Assembly (NCBI GenBank): GCA_038087875.1 | Contig: CM075996.1 | Span: 5,582,001-5,646,000, forward strand | Direction: 5' to 3' | DNA: 64,000 nucleotides | Origin: Malacoraja senta | Lineage: Eukaryota | In this document: positions 37,093 through 49,624 of the stretch, in pieces | How the letters are laid out: the number at the start of each line of letters is the position of its first letter | How positions within the stretch are numbered: position 1 is the stretch's first letter | Notes under the pieces: model-generated | Told to the model about the DNA's origin: nothing | The model's database searches: none | Seen by the model: only the letters and a program-made list of their open reading frames with translations | Program-made: the position numbers and the translations under genes

Positions 37093-38141
37093 TTGTAATG
37101 GTTCGTCTATTTTGCACTGGACAGTGTCATTTGCAGAGATGAAACAGTGAATTTCCTTGCACCCCCTCAATCAAAAATGGCACTCTTTGGCCCCATCACA
37201 TTTATCCAGGCACTGAAAATCGGTTTGGTGTTGGGTTGGCTGGTGTGCTCCATGGCTGGTGGGCAAATGCTGTGGCTGTGCATTGAACATTTGTCTTGGT
37301 GACCCAATGCAATCCAAGCGAACCACTCCTGGACCTGGGCAAGCACCTTCGCTGGAAGCCACCTCCTCCCAACCTCACCCTTGGCATGGAAATGGCGAGC
37401 GGTACACCCTACATGATGCTTCATGTCCACAGGTCCCCACCCCAAGACACAGCAACTAGGAAAACCTGCAGAAAAGTTTGGTGACCATCCCCGAACAATG
37501 TTCTCCGTTGACCAAAAGGATACCCCGGTCAGTATTAAGCCATGGATCTCAGCATATCCCTAGTGCACATACATTGAACGGGCATCCCAGCTCAGATGGC
37601 AAATGGTGGTTACACATCAGTGCATTGTGCAGGATCCTTCTTCGGTCTGAAACGTCACCTATCCATGTTCTCCAGAGATGTTGCCTGACCCGCTAAGTTA
37701 CTCCAGCACTTTGGGCCTTTTTTTCTTTTTGGTAAACCAGCATCTGCAGTTCCTTGTTTGTCGATCAGTTATCAGCGTTGGGTTTTGGCTGGAATGTCAC
37801 AAAACCAGCTGTAGTTAGTCCAGGACAATCGTCAGATTTAACCTGTGGTGAAGCAAACTCTGCTATTTCAGTCACCTCTCTCGATTGATAGACGCAAAAC
37901 AAAAGGATTTGGAGCTCGGTCTGACTTCTATATAAATTACAAACTTCATTTCTGTGCAAGATGAATGGGCCCTGTTTGCAAGTTGTTGGGAGTGTGCCCT
38001 CCACAGTCGCTCTGAGCTCTCTAATTTCCTTCTCGCCTCCACCGTTGTGGAGTGCTGCCTTCCGCTGCTGTGACTCCAAGCTCTAATCTCCCATCTCCTC
38101 CCTGCACCCACACACACCCCCCCTCCCTCCTCGGCAGCTTA

Positions 38142-38433
38142 AAGGGTCTGTCCCACTTTCCCGAGTTACTCACGAATTCTCCCGAGTTTTCCCCTTGATT
38201 CAAACTCGGAGAATGTCCGTAGGAGTCCGTAGATATATCGTAGCGGCTCGTTATGCCAGCCGTAGGTACTCGGGGCATCAGGTAAGTCGGGACGTTTTTT
38301 TCAGCATGTTGAAAAATGTCCACGAGTAAAAAGGTAGTCGGGAGGAGGAGTTCGTAGATCACAAAAATCGTGATTTTTTTTTTTTAAGGACCTTTCAACT
38401 CGGCAGAGGACTCAGAAAAATGGGACAGGCCCT
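38142..38433. mobile_element. Harbinger-like MITE
   Basis: AGGGTCTGTCCCACTTT...TGGGACAGGCCCT with TWA flanks. Confidence 0.72.
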
Positions 38434-40684
38434 TTACCTTCCTGCTACTTTGGGGGGCAGTTCCGCAAATCTTCCTCTTTGGCCAAGCCTTTGATGGCGT
38501 GCCCTGATGTGGCTTTGTGTCTCGGTGTCTGGAGCTACTTGATCACTCCTGTGAAGCGTTTACTGCATTGGTGAAGACAGTAGGACTGAGTGGGATTTCG
38601 TTTTTTGTGTTTGCTGCTGTCATGCTCTTGACGTTGACCTGAAGGGACCTCGCTCACAATTTGTGCTGACAAGGGGTTAGGTTTTTGATCTTTAAATGCC
38701 TCTGGTTTAAGGCGCGTTTCTCCTCTGCTTGTGCTCCAGTACGCTTGCTCCTGTATCCTGGAGTTCTGCAGCTTGTCACATCCACTATCCTTCGGTAGGT
38801 GAGCCTGCATGAATACAGTCACTGGTTGCATTACCCTCTGATACGGATCTCTTGTCCCTGTAGCTGTGCTCTCAAGCAGGGACCTTCCCCCTCCTCGATG
38901 GGGGCCCTGAAGAGTTGAAACCTTTTTTCTCCCTCTGCCTCTTCCTCCCGGGAACTGATTTGATGCCAAACCAGTCTTTTTGTTGGCTACGATGTGAATT
39001 GAATACGTCTGGTTCTTGAACATGGTACCATTAGCCTTTACCATTTGCTTTGTATTATGGTAACCCTACCCGAGCAAAGGCTGCATTCATTGCCAGTCCC
39101 TTGTTGAGTCGGTGATTCGTACGTAATTAGGAGCAGAATAATGTTTAAGAAAGAACTGCAGATGCTGGAAAAATCGAAGGGAGACAAAAAATGCTGGAGA
39201 AACTCAGCGGGTGAGGCAGCATCTATGGAGCGAAGGAATAGGTGACGTTTCGGGTCGGGACCCTTCTTCAGACTGATGGCGATTCAGAATTAGGCCATTC
39301 GGCCCATCAAGTCTACTCTGCCATTCAGTCGTGGCTGATCTATCTTTCCCTCTCAACCCCATTCTCCTGCCTTCGACCCATAACCCCCGACACCCTGATG
39401 GGCCATTCATGTCACAGTGTGGAATATTATGTCCAAATGTATCATTTAGCACCAGATGATTTTTTCCTGAATCCCCTGTCTAGTTCATCCGATACGACCA
39501 CCCTATCCTGTTCATCTCTCTCTCTATATTGATGGACCTTTGGCCCAGTCTGTATTGGAATAAAACCTTTGCAGGTGATTCCATTCCAAGTTAAATCTTT
39601 GTCCCTCTTATTCCCTTCAATCTCTTGATTTTATAAATAAAAACACATATATATATATATATTTGAACGTAGAAGTGTGTACTTTTACGGGCTATCTATG
39701 AGGGTATTAGATTAAATCACGTCCACTTAACTAGTCGTGAGACCAGAACACTTTGCAGAATCTCTACTATTTCAATATCAAGAGTTCAAGATCAAGAGAG
39801 TTTATTGTCATGAGTCCCTGATAGGACAATGAAATTCTTGCTTTGCTTCAGCACAACAGAACATAGTAGGCACGAATGCAACGTGGCAGCGTTTGGGCCA
39901 TGCTGAGGTCTGGAATTAAATCGATGGCTAGAGTTTGCCAATCTCTGATTCCTCGGAGAGTGTTGGCTAAATACGGGCTGATAATTCCCAGCATTTTCTA
40001 TTTTTGTTTCAGATTTCCAGCATGTGCACTTTTTTCCCCCGTTACCACATGGACTTAAAGGGCATGTCCGAAGAAGGGTTCCCGAACCGAAACGTCACCT
40101 ATCCGTGTTCTCCATGGATGCTGCCTGACCTGCTGAGTCACTCCAGTACATGGTGTCTTTATATGGACATACATTTAGGTCATTTCAGAAATTTCAGCTC
40201 CTGAACTCAGCCCTTCAGGAGCTAATGTTCCCATTAGCAGAGGAGACCCAGCTGTCGTGAAGAGCAATAGAGATGAGAGTTTTTTAAATATATATATATT
40301 TTATAAAAAGTGGAAAATTATGACAATTGATCTGTAAATGTGTTGGAAACATATTCCTCCAGAGCTTTGAGGTTACGACTAGCATAGTAGTGTAAACCAC
40401 CTTGTAGTGAGCCAGATCGGGCCAAATGACTTTTTCCTGTACAGTAATGATTCTCTAAAGAGTATGGGATTAACGAGAGGCTAACATGTAAACCATGGAC
40501 TATGGATCCACCAGCTGCCAAGACTGGACTAGCTGTTTCCCAGGGGATTTTGCAATTCCTACCAAGCTGCTCCTACAATGGGTTGCGATCCAATTGCATT
40601 GCACCTTCGACCAAACTCACGACAGAATGGAACTCATCACTGAACAGTGGCCAAACTCTCAGCAGGTCGGTCAGTCAGCATCTG

Positions 40685-40721
<37 letters not shown>

Positions 40722-41170
40722 TCAAAGTTTCAGGTCAGTAACGGGCCAAAAGCAAAGAAGGTGTACGATGAGGCAGGATTTATTTTTCCAAATTGGCAGC
40801 ATTGACCCTTTCGGCTGCGTGAGCTGTTTTGCGATTATATTTTGGAGGCTCTGCAGACGTGGGTTTCTCAGCTGCAGCCAGCTGGAAGGTGTCCCTGACC
40901 CAGGTGAACGTTGCCACTTTGATCCCTCTTCCCCCGGTCCCCACGGTGCAGGAATTCCTGGATCACCCCTTGGATATTCAGCACTCCCCATGTACGCCTT
41001 AGAGTGCACACCCAGCAAGGCAGAAGCACCCTCTCCCTTGATTACAGGAAAACCCACGCTGGTTGGAGTCTCAGTGCTTCCAGCTGATATAAGCTCATAA
41101 GGGATAGGAGCCAGAATTAGGCCATTTAGCCCATCAAGTCTACTCCACCATTCAATTATGGCTGATCTAT

Positions 41171-41390
41171 GGGGTCTGTCCCACTTTCACGACCTAATTC
41201 ACGACCTTTTTTACTCGTGGACATTTTTTATCAGGCTAGAAAAACGCCCGACCTACTTGATGCCACGAGTACCTACGACTAACATCATGACCTGCTACGA
41301 CCTACCTATGACCTCGTGACGACCATGACCTCGTGCGAGTATGAGTCAAGGGCAAACTCGGCAGGGGTCGTGAAAGTGGGACAGGCCCTT
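41171..41390. mobile_element. Harbinger-like MITE inserted into a CR1 tail
   Basis: Same internal sequence as 8431-8658; interrupts gctgatctat|ctctccctcctaacccc. Confidence 0.78.
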
Positions 41391-42680
41391 TACTCTCCCT
41401 CCTAACCCCATTCTCCTGCCTTCTCCCCATAACCTCTGACACCCGTGCTAATCAAGAATCTATCTCTGCCTAAAAAATATCCACTGACTTGCATCACCCG
41501 CAAAACTAGGCTTGTAAAGAAACAGAAAACTATATTGAAATCAGACTTTAATCCAAATAAGAGTGTGATTTTCTTTTGGTTAAGAAGCTGGAAATCTAAA
41601 ATGAGAGACCGCTGGGAAAAGTCCTCCAATTCATATCAGAGCCGAATCTCTTATCGGAGCTTCCACCCAGAGATGAGTGCTAATTTCAAAATAGAAGTAA
41701 AATACTTATATTTTGCTCTATGTGCCTTCTTGTCAATCCCAGGCTACTGTGGTACATGGAAGGGTGAAAAGTAAATGCTTAAAGGTAAACCGAAGCTTGT
41801 GGATTCTTGGAGTTATTTAGCAGGTGGCTGTCAAAGGCTGCGGTGATTCTAGTGTTGGAAAGCAGGATGGGGAGGAGTGAGAGGGATGGGTGCCTCTGGT
41901 CCCTCACTTGGCTTTGAGTCTTGGATGGTAAAAGTTGGGGCTGGGGTGGTTATATGTGGAAGCTCCTGCTGTTGGCTCGATCCAAAACACTCTTCAATGG
42001 CAGCTCGTTGTGTAGCTTCAACTTCTGAAAGGGCGTGAGTAGACCTTTGGAACGACGCAACGTTTTCCACGGAGACGCAAAGAACTGCAGATGCTGGAAT
42101 CTTGAGCAAAGCACAAAGTGCTGGAGGAACTCGGCAGGTCGGGCACCGTCTGTGGAGGGAATGGACAGGCACCATCATTTTAGGTTGGGTCCCTTCTTCA
42201 GTCTCAAAGTGCTGGAGGAACTCAGTGGGTCCGCCAGCATCTGTGGAGGGAATGGACAGGCATTCAATTCAGACTCCAATCTGCAGAAGGATCCCAACCC
42301 AAAATATTGCCTGTTCATTCCCTCCACAGATATACGGCCTTACCCACTGAGTTCCTCCAGCACTTTGTGTTTTACGCGCTCTTTCCCACTCTTAATGTTA
42401 GCTTTACCTGGGTACTGTACTGCTAGATACACTGCTGGTTTCCTCTCAGAGTACAGTGGTACAACTATCCTTGCCTGCCACACTTCTTGCACCTCGGATA
42501 CTAACTAGCTCGTAGTGCACTGTGTTGCAGAGCATCAGGCCAGTGAGGGAATGTAGGAGTGGCTAAACATCCACGGAGCCTGGTGCTCACGGGTCTGAGG
42601 TGACCGGGTCTGGCTACAAGCTTCTCACTGAAGTAGAACAAAATCCTGCAGTTCAAAACAGTCAGTTAAGTACGTGCCAA

Positions 42681-43040
42681 TACACACGCACACACACACA
42701 CCCCACACACGCACGCACACACACACACACCCCACCCCACACACAAAAACACACACACACACCCCACACACGCACGCACACACACACACACCCCGCACAC
42801 ACACACACACCCCACACACACACGCACACACAAAAACACACACACACACACCAACCAAAAAAACACACACACCACACACACACACACACCACAGACACAC
42901 ACACACACCACACACACACACCTCACATCGCACACACACACACCAGACACACACACACACACAAAAACACACACACACCCCCCACACACACACATATATT
43001 ATATATAGACACACACACACACATATATATATACACACAA
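42681..43040 (+). repeat. Imperfect (CA)n microsatellite
   Basis: Seen directly. Confidence 0.95.
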
Positions 43041-43220
43041 AAAGCTGGAGTAGTTCAGCGGGACAGGCAGCATCTCTGGAGAGAAGGAATGGGTGGCAGT
43101 TCGCGTCCAGACCCGAAACGTCACCCATTCCTTCTCTCCAGAGATGCTGCCTGTCCCGCTGAGTTACTCCAGCATTTTGTGTCTATCTTTGGTTTAAACC
43201 AGCATCTGCAGGTCCTCCCT

Positions 43221-43257
<37 letters not shown>

Positions 43258-45255
43258 GGATGCGGATACAATTTTACTTAAAGGTGTTTGACCTGTTATT
43301 TTTATGGGGGTTTCTGCACATGAATGTTGCAGTGGTGAGTCGCTGACATACTGCCTTGAAGCACTGGGGAATAGCAATAGTTGAGACTGCATTTGCCTGC
43401 ATGGGTAGAGGCCACTTTGAGGGGAGATGGGCTGTAGGCCTGTGCTTTGGCTGCTGATGCTGCGCTAGAATCAGGTCGCTTGTGGGGCTGTCTCCATTGT
43501 GGGGCAATTGAAGGAAGAGGCATTACGGTGGCGTTGCTGCTCTTCATCTCAAATGGCACAGTGGGGCTTCTGGTCAAGCTGCTGCCATCTCACAGCACCA
43601 GACACCTGCATTCAATCCCGACCTCGGGTGCTGCCTGTGGGGAGTTTGCACGTTCTCCTTGTGACCGCGTGGGTTTCCTCTCACATCCCAAAGACGTGCG
43701 GGTTTGCAGGTTAATAGGCCCTCTTTACAATTGCTCCTCGTGTTGGGTGAGAAGGTGGGATAATGTAGAACTTGTGTGAAAAGGTGATCGATGGTCGGTG
43801 GGGCAAAGGGGCCTGTTTCCATGCTGTATCTCTAAACAAAACTGTACTTTGGTTGACTCCTTGTGGCCCCAAAAGAGATTTCTTTACATTGCCTGATCTT
43901 CAGGACCGTGTTCAACCACTCTGAGGGAGAATTGGACAAGGTTCTTGCCAAAGTTTGCATCGGTGTTGCTCCTGCCAACTCTGGTGGCCGTGTGTTGATG
44001 GAAGTTGTCCATTCTGAAGGAGGTTGGCTCACAGAAACATAGAAAATAAGTGCAGCAGTAGGCCATTCGGCCCTTCAATCCTGCACCGCCATTCAATATG
44101 ATCATGGCTGATCATCCAAAATCAGTACCCCGTTCCTGCTTTCTCCCCATATCCCTTGATTCAGTTAGCCCGAAGAGCTAAATCTAAATCCCTCTTGATA
44201 ACGTCAATGGGACAGAAATAATGTCCCAGAAATTTGATCAGGTTGGGCAAACAGGGTGAGAAATTACCCAAATTGGGAATATGGGTCAGGATGGATTGAT
44301 TTTTTCTGTCTGTATAATCCGTGGGAAGCCACTGAAATCCCATTCCTCCACCCCACCTTCCTCTGCAGTTCTGCAAATGTTATTTCTATTTGCCTGACAA
44401 ATCACTGCCTGTAGCAAATCACTTGCTCTAATAATTATGATTGTGGCAAATTTCAATATGGTTTTCTGCAGTGAACGTGTGCCCAGACGCCCTGGCGGAG
44501 AAAGGAAACAAGAATTTGTTGAGAAACTCAGCGGGTGAGGCAGCATCTATGGAGCGAAGGAAATAGGCGACGTTTCGGGTCGAGACTGAAGAAGGGTCTC
44601 GACCCGAAACGTCGCCTATTTCCTTCGCTCCATAGATGCTGCCTCACCCGCTGAGTTTCTCCAGCATTTTTGTCCACCTTCGATTTCGCAGCATCTGCAG
44701 TTCCTTCTTAAAGACTTGGTTGAGTGTGGGATTGAAGCATGTCAGCAGTTCAAGCCTTATTCCAGTGCTCATTGACTGCAAACTTGCTGTAACTCTGCAT
44801 GTTGATGTCATCCCCACATTCAGTCTTGGCAGTCAGGCCATGTGTCATGCGTCTGGTTAGTATCCTGTGGAAACAAGGACCTGCAGATGCTGGTTTGCAC
44901 AATAGGACTCACAGCACTGGAGTAACACAGTGGGCTCAGACAGCATCAGTATCCTGGCTGACTCACCGCATTCCTCCATCACTTTGTGCCCTTTTCTGGC
45001 TGGTATAAGGTTATAAGTGATAAGAGCAGAATTAGGCCAATCGGCCCATCAAGTCCACTCCGCCATTCAATCACGGCTGATCTACCTCTCCCTCCTAACC
45101 CCATTCTCCTGCCTTCTCCCCATAACCTCTGACACACATACTAATCAAGAATCTATCTATCTCTGCCTTAAAAATATCCATTGACTAGGCCTCCACAGCC
45201 TTCTGTGGCAAAGAATTCCACAGATTAACCACCCTCTGCCTAAAGAAATTCCTCC

Positions 45256-45652
45256 ACATAGAAAATAGGTGCAGGAGTAGGCCATTCGGCCCTTCGAGCC
45301 TGCACCGCCATTCAATATGATCATGGCTGATCATCCAACTCAGTATCCTGTACCTGCCTTCTCTCCATACCCCCTGATCCCTTTAGCCACAAGGGCCACA
45401 TCTAACTCCCTCTTAAATATAGCCAATGAACTGGCCTCAACTACCCTCTGTGGCAGAGAATTCCACAGATTCACCACTCTCTGTGTGAAAAATGTTTTTC
45501 TCATCTCGGTCCTAAAAGACTTCCCCCTTATCCTTAAACTGTGACCCCTTGTTCTGGACTTCCCCAACATCGGGAACAATCTTCCTGCATCTAGCCTGTC
45601 CAACCCCTTAAGAATTTTGTAAGTTTTCTATAAGATCCCCCCTCAATCTTCT
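45256..45652 (-). mobile_element. CR1 LINE 3' fragment
   Basis: ORF 45340..45603. Confidence 0.85.
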
Positions 45653-48600
45653 TCTCCTTCCTAAAGGCACATCCTTTAATTCTGAGGCTATGACCTCTAG
45701 TCCTAGACTCTCCCACTAGTGGAAACATTCTCTCCACGTCCACTATATCCAAGCCTTTCACTATTCGGTAAGTTTCGAGGAGGTCCCCCACCAGCGAGTA
45801 CAGGGCCCAGTGTCGTCAAACACTCATCCCACTCATTCCTGGGATCATTCTTGTAAACCTGTTGTGGTTCTGCCCGCTGGCTTATTCCCCTTCCACACCA
45901 CCTGCGGGGTTGGCCTGGGTGTGCAGTATAGTATGCAGGTTCTACTGGACGTTGGGCGTGTAACAGGCACCCTTCCTGGTTTCCCCTTGCCTGGGGTGTT
46001 GCTCCACCTGCTCTGTCTGCAGGCAGGCCTTGCGAGCAACATATGAACAGGGTGAGGCAGAGGAGAGAGCTCCAGCAGCCAACGCACTTGCCGTAAAACC
46101 ACAGAAGGCACTGGCGGGAAAAGACCTCCAGTGCTTGGGGAACAAGTTAACCAGGCTGCGGGTAAAGAGTGTCAGAGCAGTCCGGATCTTGCAGGATGAC
46201 GCAATGATCTCCAGGGCCTGCATACTCCACCATTCAATCATGGCTGATCTGTCTCTCCCTCCTAACCACATTCTCCTGCCTTCTCCGCATAACCCCTGTC
46301 CCCAGTGCCTTGGTATCTAAACACACCAGTCTGCGGACCTTTTCCCAAAGGTCCGCAGTAAAATTCCCACTCTCCTGAAGAGTCCAACTGAGCAAATGAC
46401 TTGGTGTTGAGAGGGTAAGGATGGAGAGGTGGGGGGAGAATTGGCCACACTTCTGGATGAGTGCTACCGAAGGGTGGTGGTCCAGGGGGGGGAGGAGAAG
46501 GGCGCAGGCTTGATTGGGGCATCCTCTTGTTGTCCTTTCTGCCACCAGCCTGGGGTGAGATAGCAGCGATAGCGGTGGAATCATCACCACATTTTCAGGA
46601 TAGTGACGAGGGGCATTGAGGGGGTGGAAGCTGCTGGAGAAGGTGGTCTATCACGTCTGTCGAAGAAACCAGTGAAGCTTGACACAAAATGCTGGAGTAA
46701 CTCAGTGGGTCAGGCGGCATCTCTGGAGAGAAGATTCTGCGTGACGTTTCGGGTCGAGGCCCTTCTTCAGACTAGTCAGGGGAAAGGGAAACGAGAGATA
46801 TAGACGGTGAAGTGGAGAGATATAGAACAAATAAACGAAAGATGTGCAAAAAGTAATGATTATAAAGGAAACAGGCCATTGTTAGCTGTTTGCCAGGTGA
46901 GAACGAGAAGCTGGTGCGATTTGGGTGGGGGAGGGATGGAGAGAGAAGGAGTGTAGGGGTTACTTGAAGTTAGAGAAATCGATATAAATACCACTGGCTT
47001 GTAAGCTGCCCAAGAGAAATATAAGATGCGGTTGCTCCAATTTGTGATTAGGAGCAGTGATCCTCTATTCCACACTGGTCCAGACAGGACAGAGCAAATA
47101 CGTTGCTGCCGGCTGCGGTGTCCTCTACTAATCACTGCACCGTGGTTGGTTGGTATGGCCTCCCACTTAAATTAAGTGACACATCTTTGCATTAAAAAGT
47201 TCAGGAGTCGGTATTCGAGTGATAATCTCTGCTCTACTAAAGGTCTTGAACTTGATCAATCATTTCCTCCCGAACCGGCAGAGCTCCTGTGTAAACCAGG
47301 ATGGATGTGAGCCTGGTCCAAACCATTCTCCCTTGCCAATGTTCCAACTGTGAGCTGTAATTATCCATTGGGGGCCATTTTGGAGGAATGTACCTTGATC
47401 AGTTTCTAACCAGACAAACTCAAGGAAGACGTGGAGTGGGGGGGAAGAGAGAAAGGAGACACAAAGACCTTTACAGCTTGCTTTTTTTTTCTTTTTCAAC
47501 TGTATGTAAACACTATTTGTGTTGAACTTTTTAAAACATTTTTTAAAGAAATATTGTGTTTGTATTATTCAGCTCCATTTATTAAAATCATGGGACGGAT
47601 TGTTCCATTTTTACAATGGTTTATTTTTCAAAGTAATGGAATGGGCTTTTTAATTTTCTGGGAAGTATCAGGCCCTTGTTTATCGTTAAAAAATGGTGTC
47701 GAACTTGCATTCGGGGAACCACATTTACTTGGAAAGCACCTGAGCCTTTAAATTTTTTTCTTTAATCTTTAGGTCAAAAATAGTTAAGAAAAAATCCATC
47801 CACATTTTTTTAATCCAATTTGCTTCACTAATGTACAGTTTCATTGTTTCAAATAAAGTTAATAGGCAGGGACAAAATTCACGTATAAATGAGAAATGTT
47901 TTGTACAAAATTAACATTGAAATCTACCATCACATTGATGTGACTCGTACAGAGAGCTCTAGTGTACAATTCCACTCATTTCTTTTTTTAACCAGTTATT
48001 GTAACAACTCTGCCAAAGGTATTGGTCCAAGATAGACACAAAATACTGGAGTAACTCAGCGGGACAAAAATACTTCACACAATAAAAACATTGAAATCAT
48101 ATTTCTACAATGCACTAAAACATGATTTTAATACGTCAAATTTCAAAAAGTCCCTACCCGAGGCCGGTTATCTGTGATCGCTCAGCCCCCCCACTTTCAA
48201 AAACGCTCCGCGGCTCCTGAGACAGCATCTCCAGAGAACATGGATAGGTGGCATTTCGAGTTGGGACCGTTTTCATCCTCCACTCAGCTCTCCATTTATA
48301 ACCCAGCTTCAATCCAAGAGAACGTCTAGGTACATCAGTGTTGGCAACTGATAAAGGGGGCAGCGTTGGAGGAAGGGAAGGTAAAAAGCAAGATAGGAGA
48401 GACAAGGAACTGATACATTCTAGACAGCTGGAGATGAAATATTCCAATGCGATCCAGAGCAAGAAATGGAGAGCAAAGAATAATAGAAACGAAAGGTTGA
48501 AAAATGATAAGCGATAATAAAAAAAAATCAAGGTAGACAAAAATGCTGGAGAAACTCAGCGGGACAGGCAGCATCTATGGAGAGAAGGAATGGGTGACGT

Positions 48601-49424
48601 TTCGGGTCGAGACACTTCTTCAGAAAATTCAAGGGGCTTAGGTTGATGTCAGAATTGTTGTCAATCAATTGGGGCCTTTCTTTGGAGACTGAAGAAAGGC
48701 CCCGACCCGAAATATTGTCTGTCCATTCTATCCACAGATGCTGCCTGGCCTGCCGAGTTCCTCCAGCACTTTGTGTTTTTCTCAGGGTTCAAGCATCTGC
48801 GGTTTGTTGCGTCTGTCGTCTCTCCCATGGTTGACCAGTAGATGGAGCAGTGAGTAACGTTGTGGAAAGCAAAGATACTAGAGGAGGAAAGTTCCCCAGG
48901 TGACTTGGGCCAAGTGTGGACTTTAGTGCACAATTTCCACACAGGGTCACATCAATAAGTGGCTGGAAACTGAATTAAAATTATATTGAATTTTAATTGG
49001 AAGCCTGGAAACATCCCCTTCGGCCCACCGAGTCCATGTTGACCATCGATCACCGCGTTTGGTCCATATCCCTCCAAACCCATCCTACCCAATGTCTGAA
49101 GAAGGGTTTCGGCCCGAAACGTTGCCTGTTTCCTTCGCTCCATAGATGCTGCCTCACCCGCTGAGTTTCTCCAGCATTTTTGTCTACCTGCCCAATGTAC
49201 CTGTCTAACTGTTTCTTAAACGTTGGGATAGTCCCAGCCTCAACAACCTCCACTGGCAGTTTGTTCCATACACCCACCTTTGTGCAAAAGTGACCTCTCA
49301 GATCACTCGTTCACACTTTAGAGATACAGCATGGAAACAGGCCCTTCGGCCCACCGAGTCCATGCCAACCAGCGATCACCCCGTACACTATCCTACATAC
49401 AACTGGGGACAATTTACAATTTTA

Positions 49425-49624
49425 NNNNNNNNNNNNNNNNNNNNNNNNNNNNNNNNNNNNNNNNNNNNNNNNNNNNNNNNNNNNNNNNNNNNNNNNNNNN
49501 NNNNNNNNNNNNNNNNNNNNNNNNNNNNNNNNNNNNNNNNNNNNNNNNNNNNNNNNNNNNNNNNNNNNNNNNNNNNNNNNNNNNNNNNNNNNNNNNNNNN
49601 NNNNNNNNNNNNNNNNNNNNNNNN
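49425..49624. other. Assembly gap (200 N) between the MRTF and TEAD genes
   Basis: Run of N flanked by two unrelated truncated repeats. Confidence 0.99.

Noticed and set aside
38535..39044. 169-aa minus-strand ORF in unique sequence
   Set aside because: No recognisable domain or splice structure; cannot be supported without a search.
40495..41100. 201-aa plus-strand ORF
   Set aside because: Runs through a Penelope-tail remnant and a (GA)n repeat; no homology recognised.
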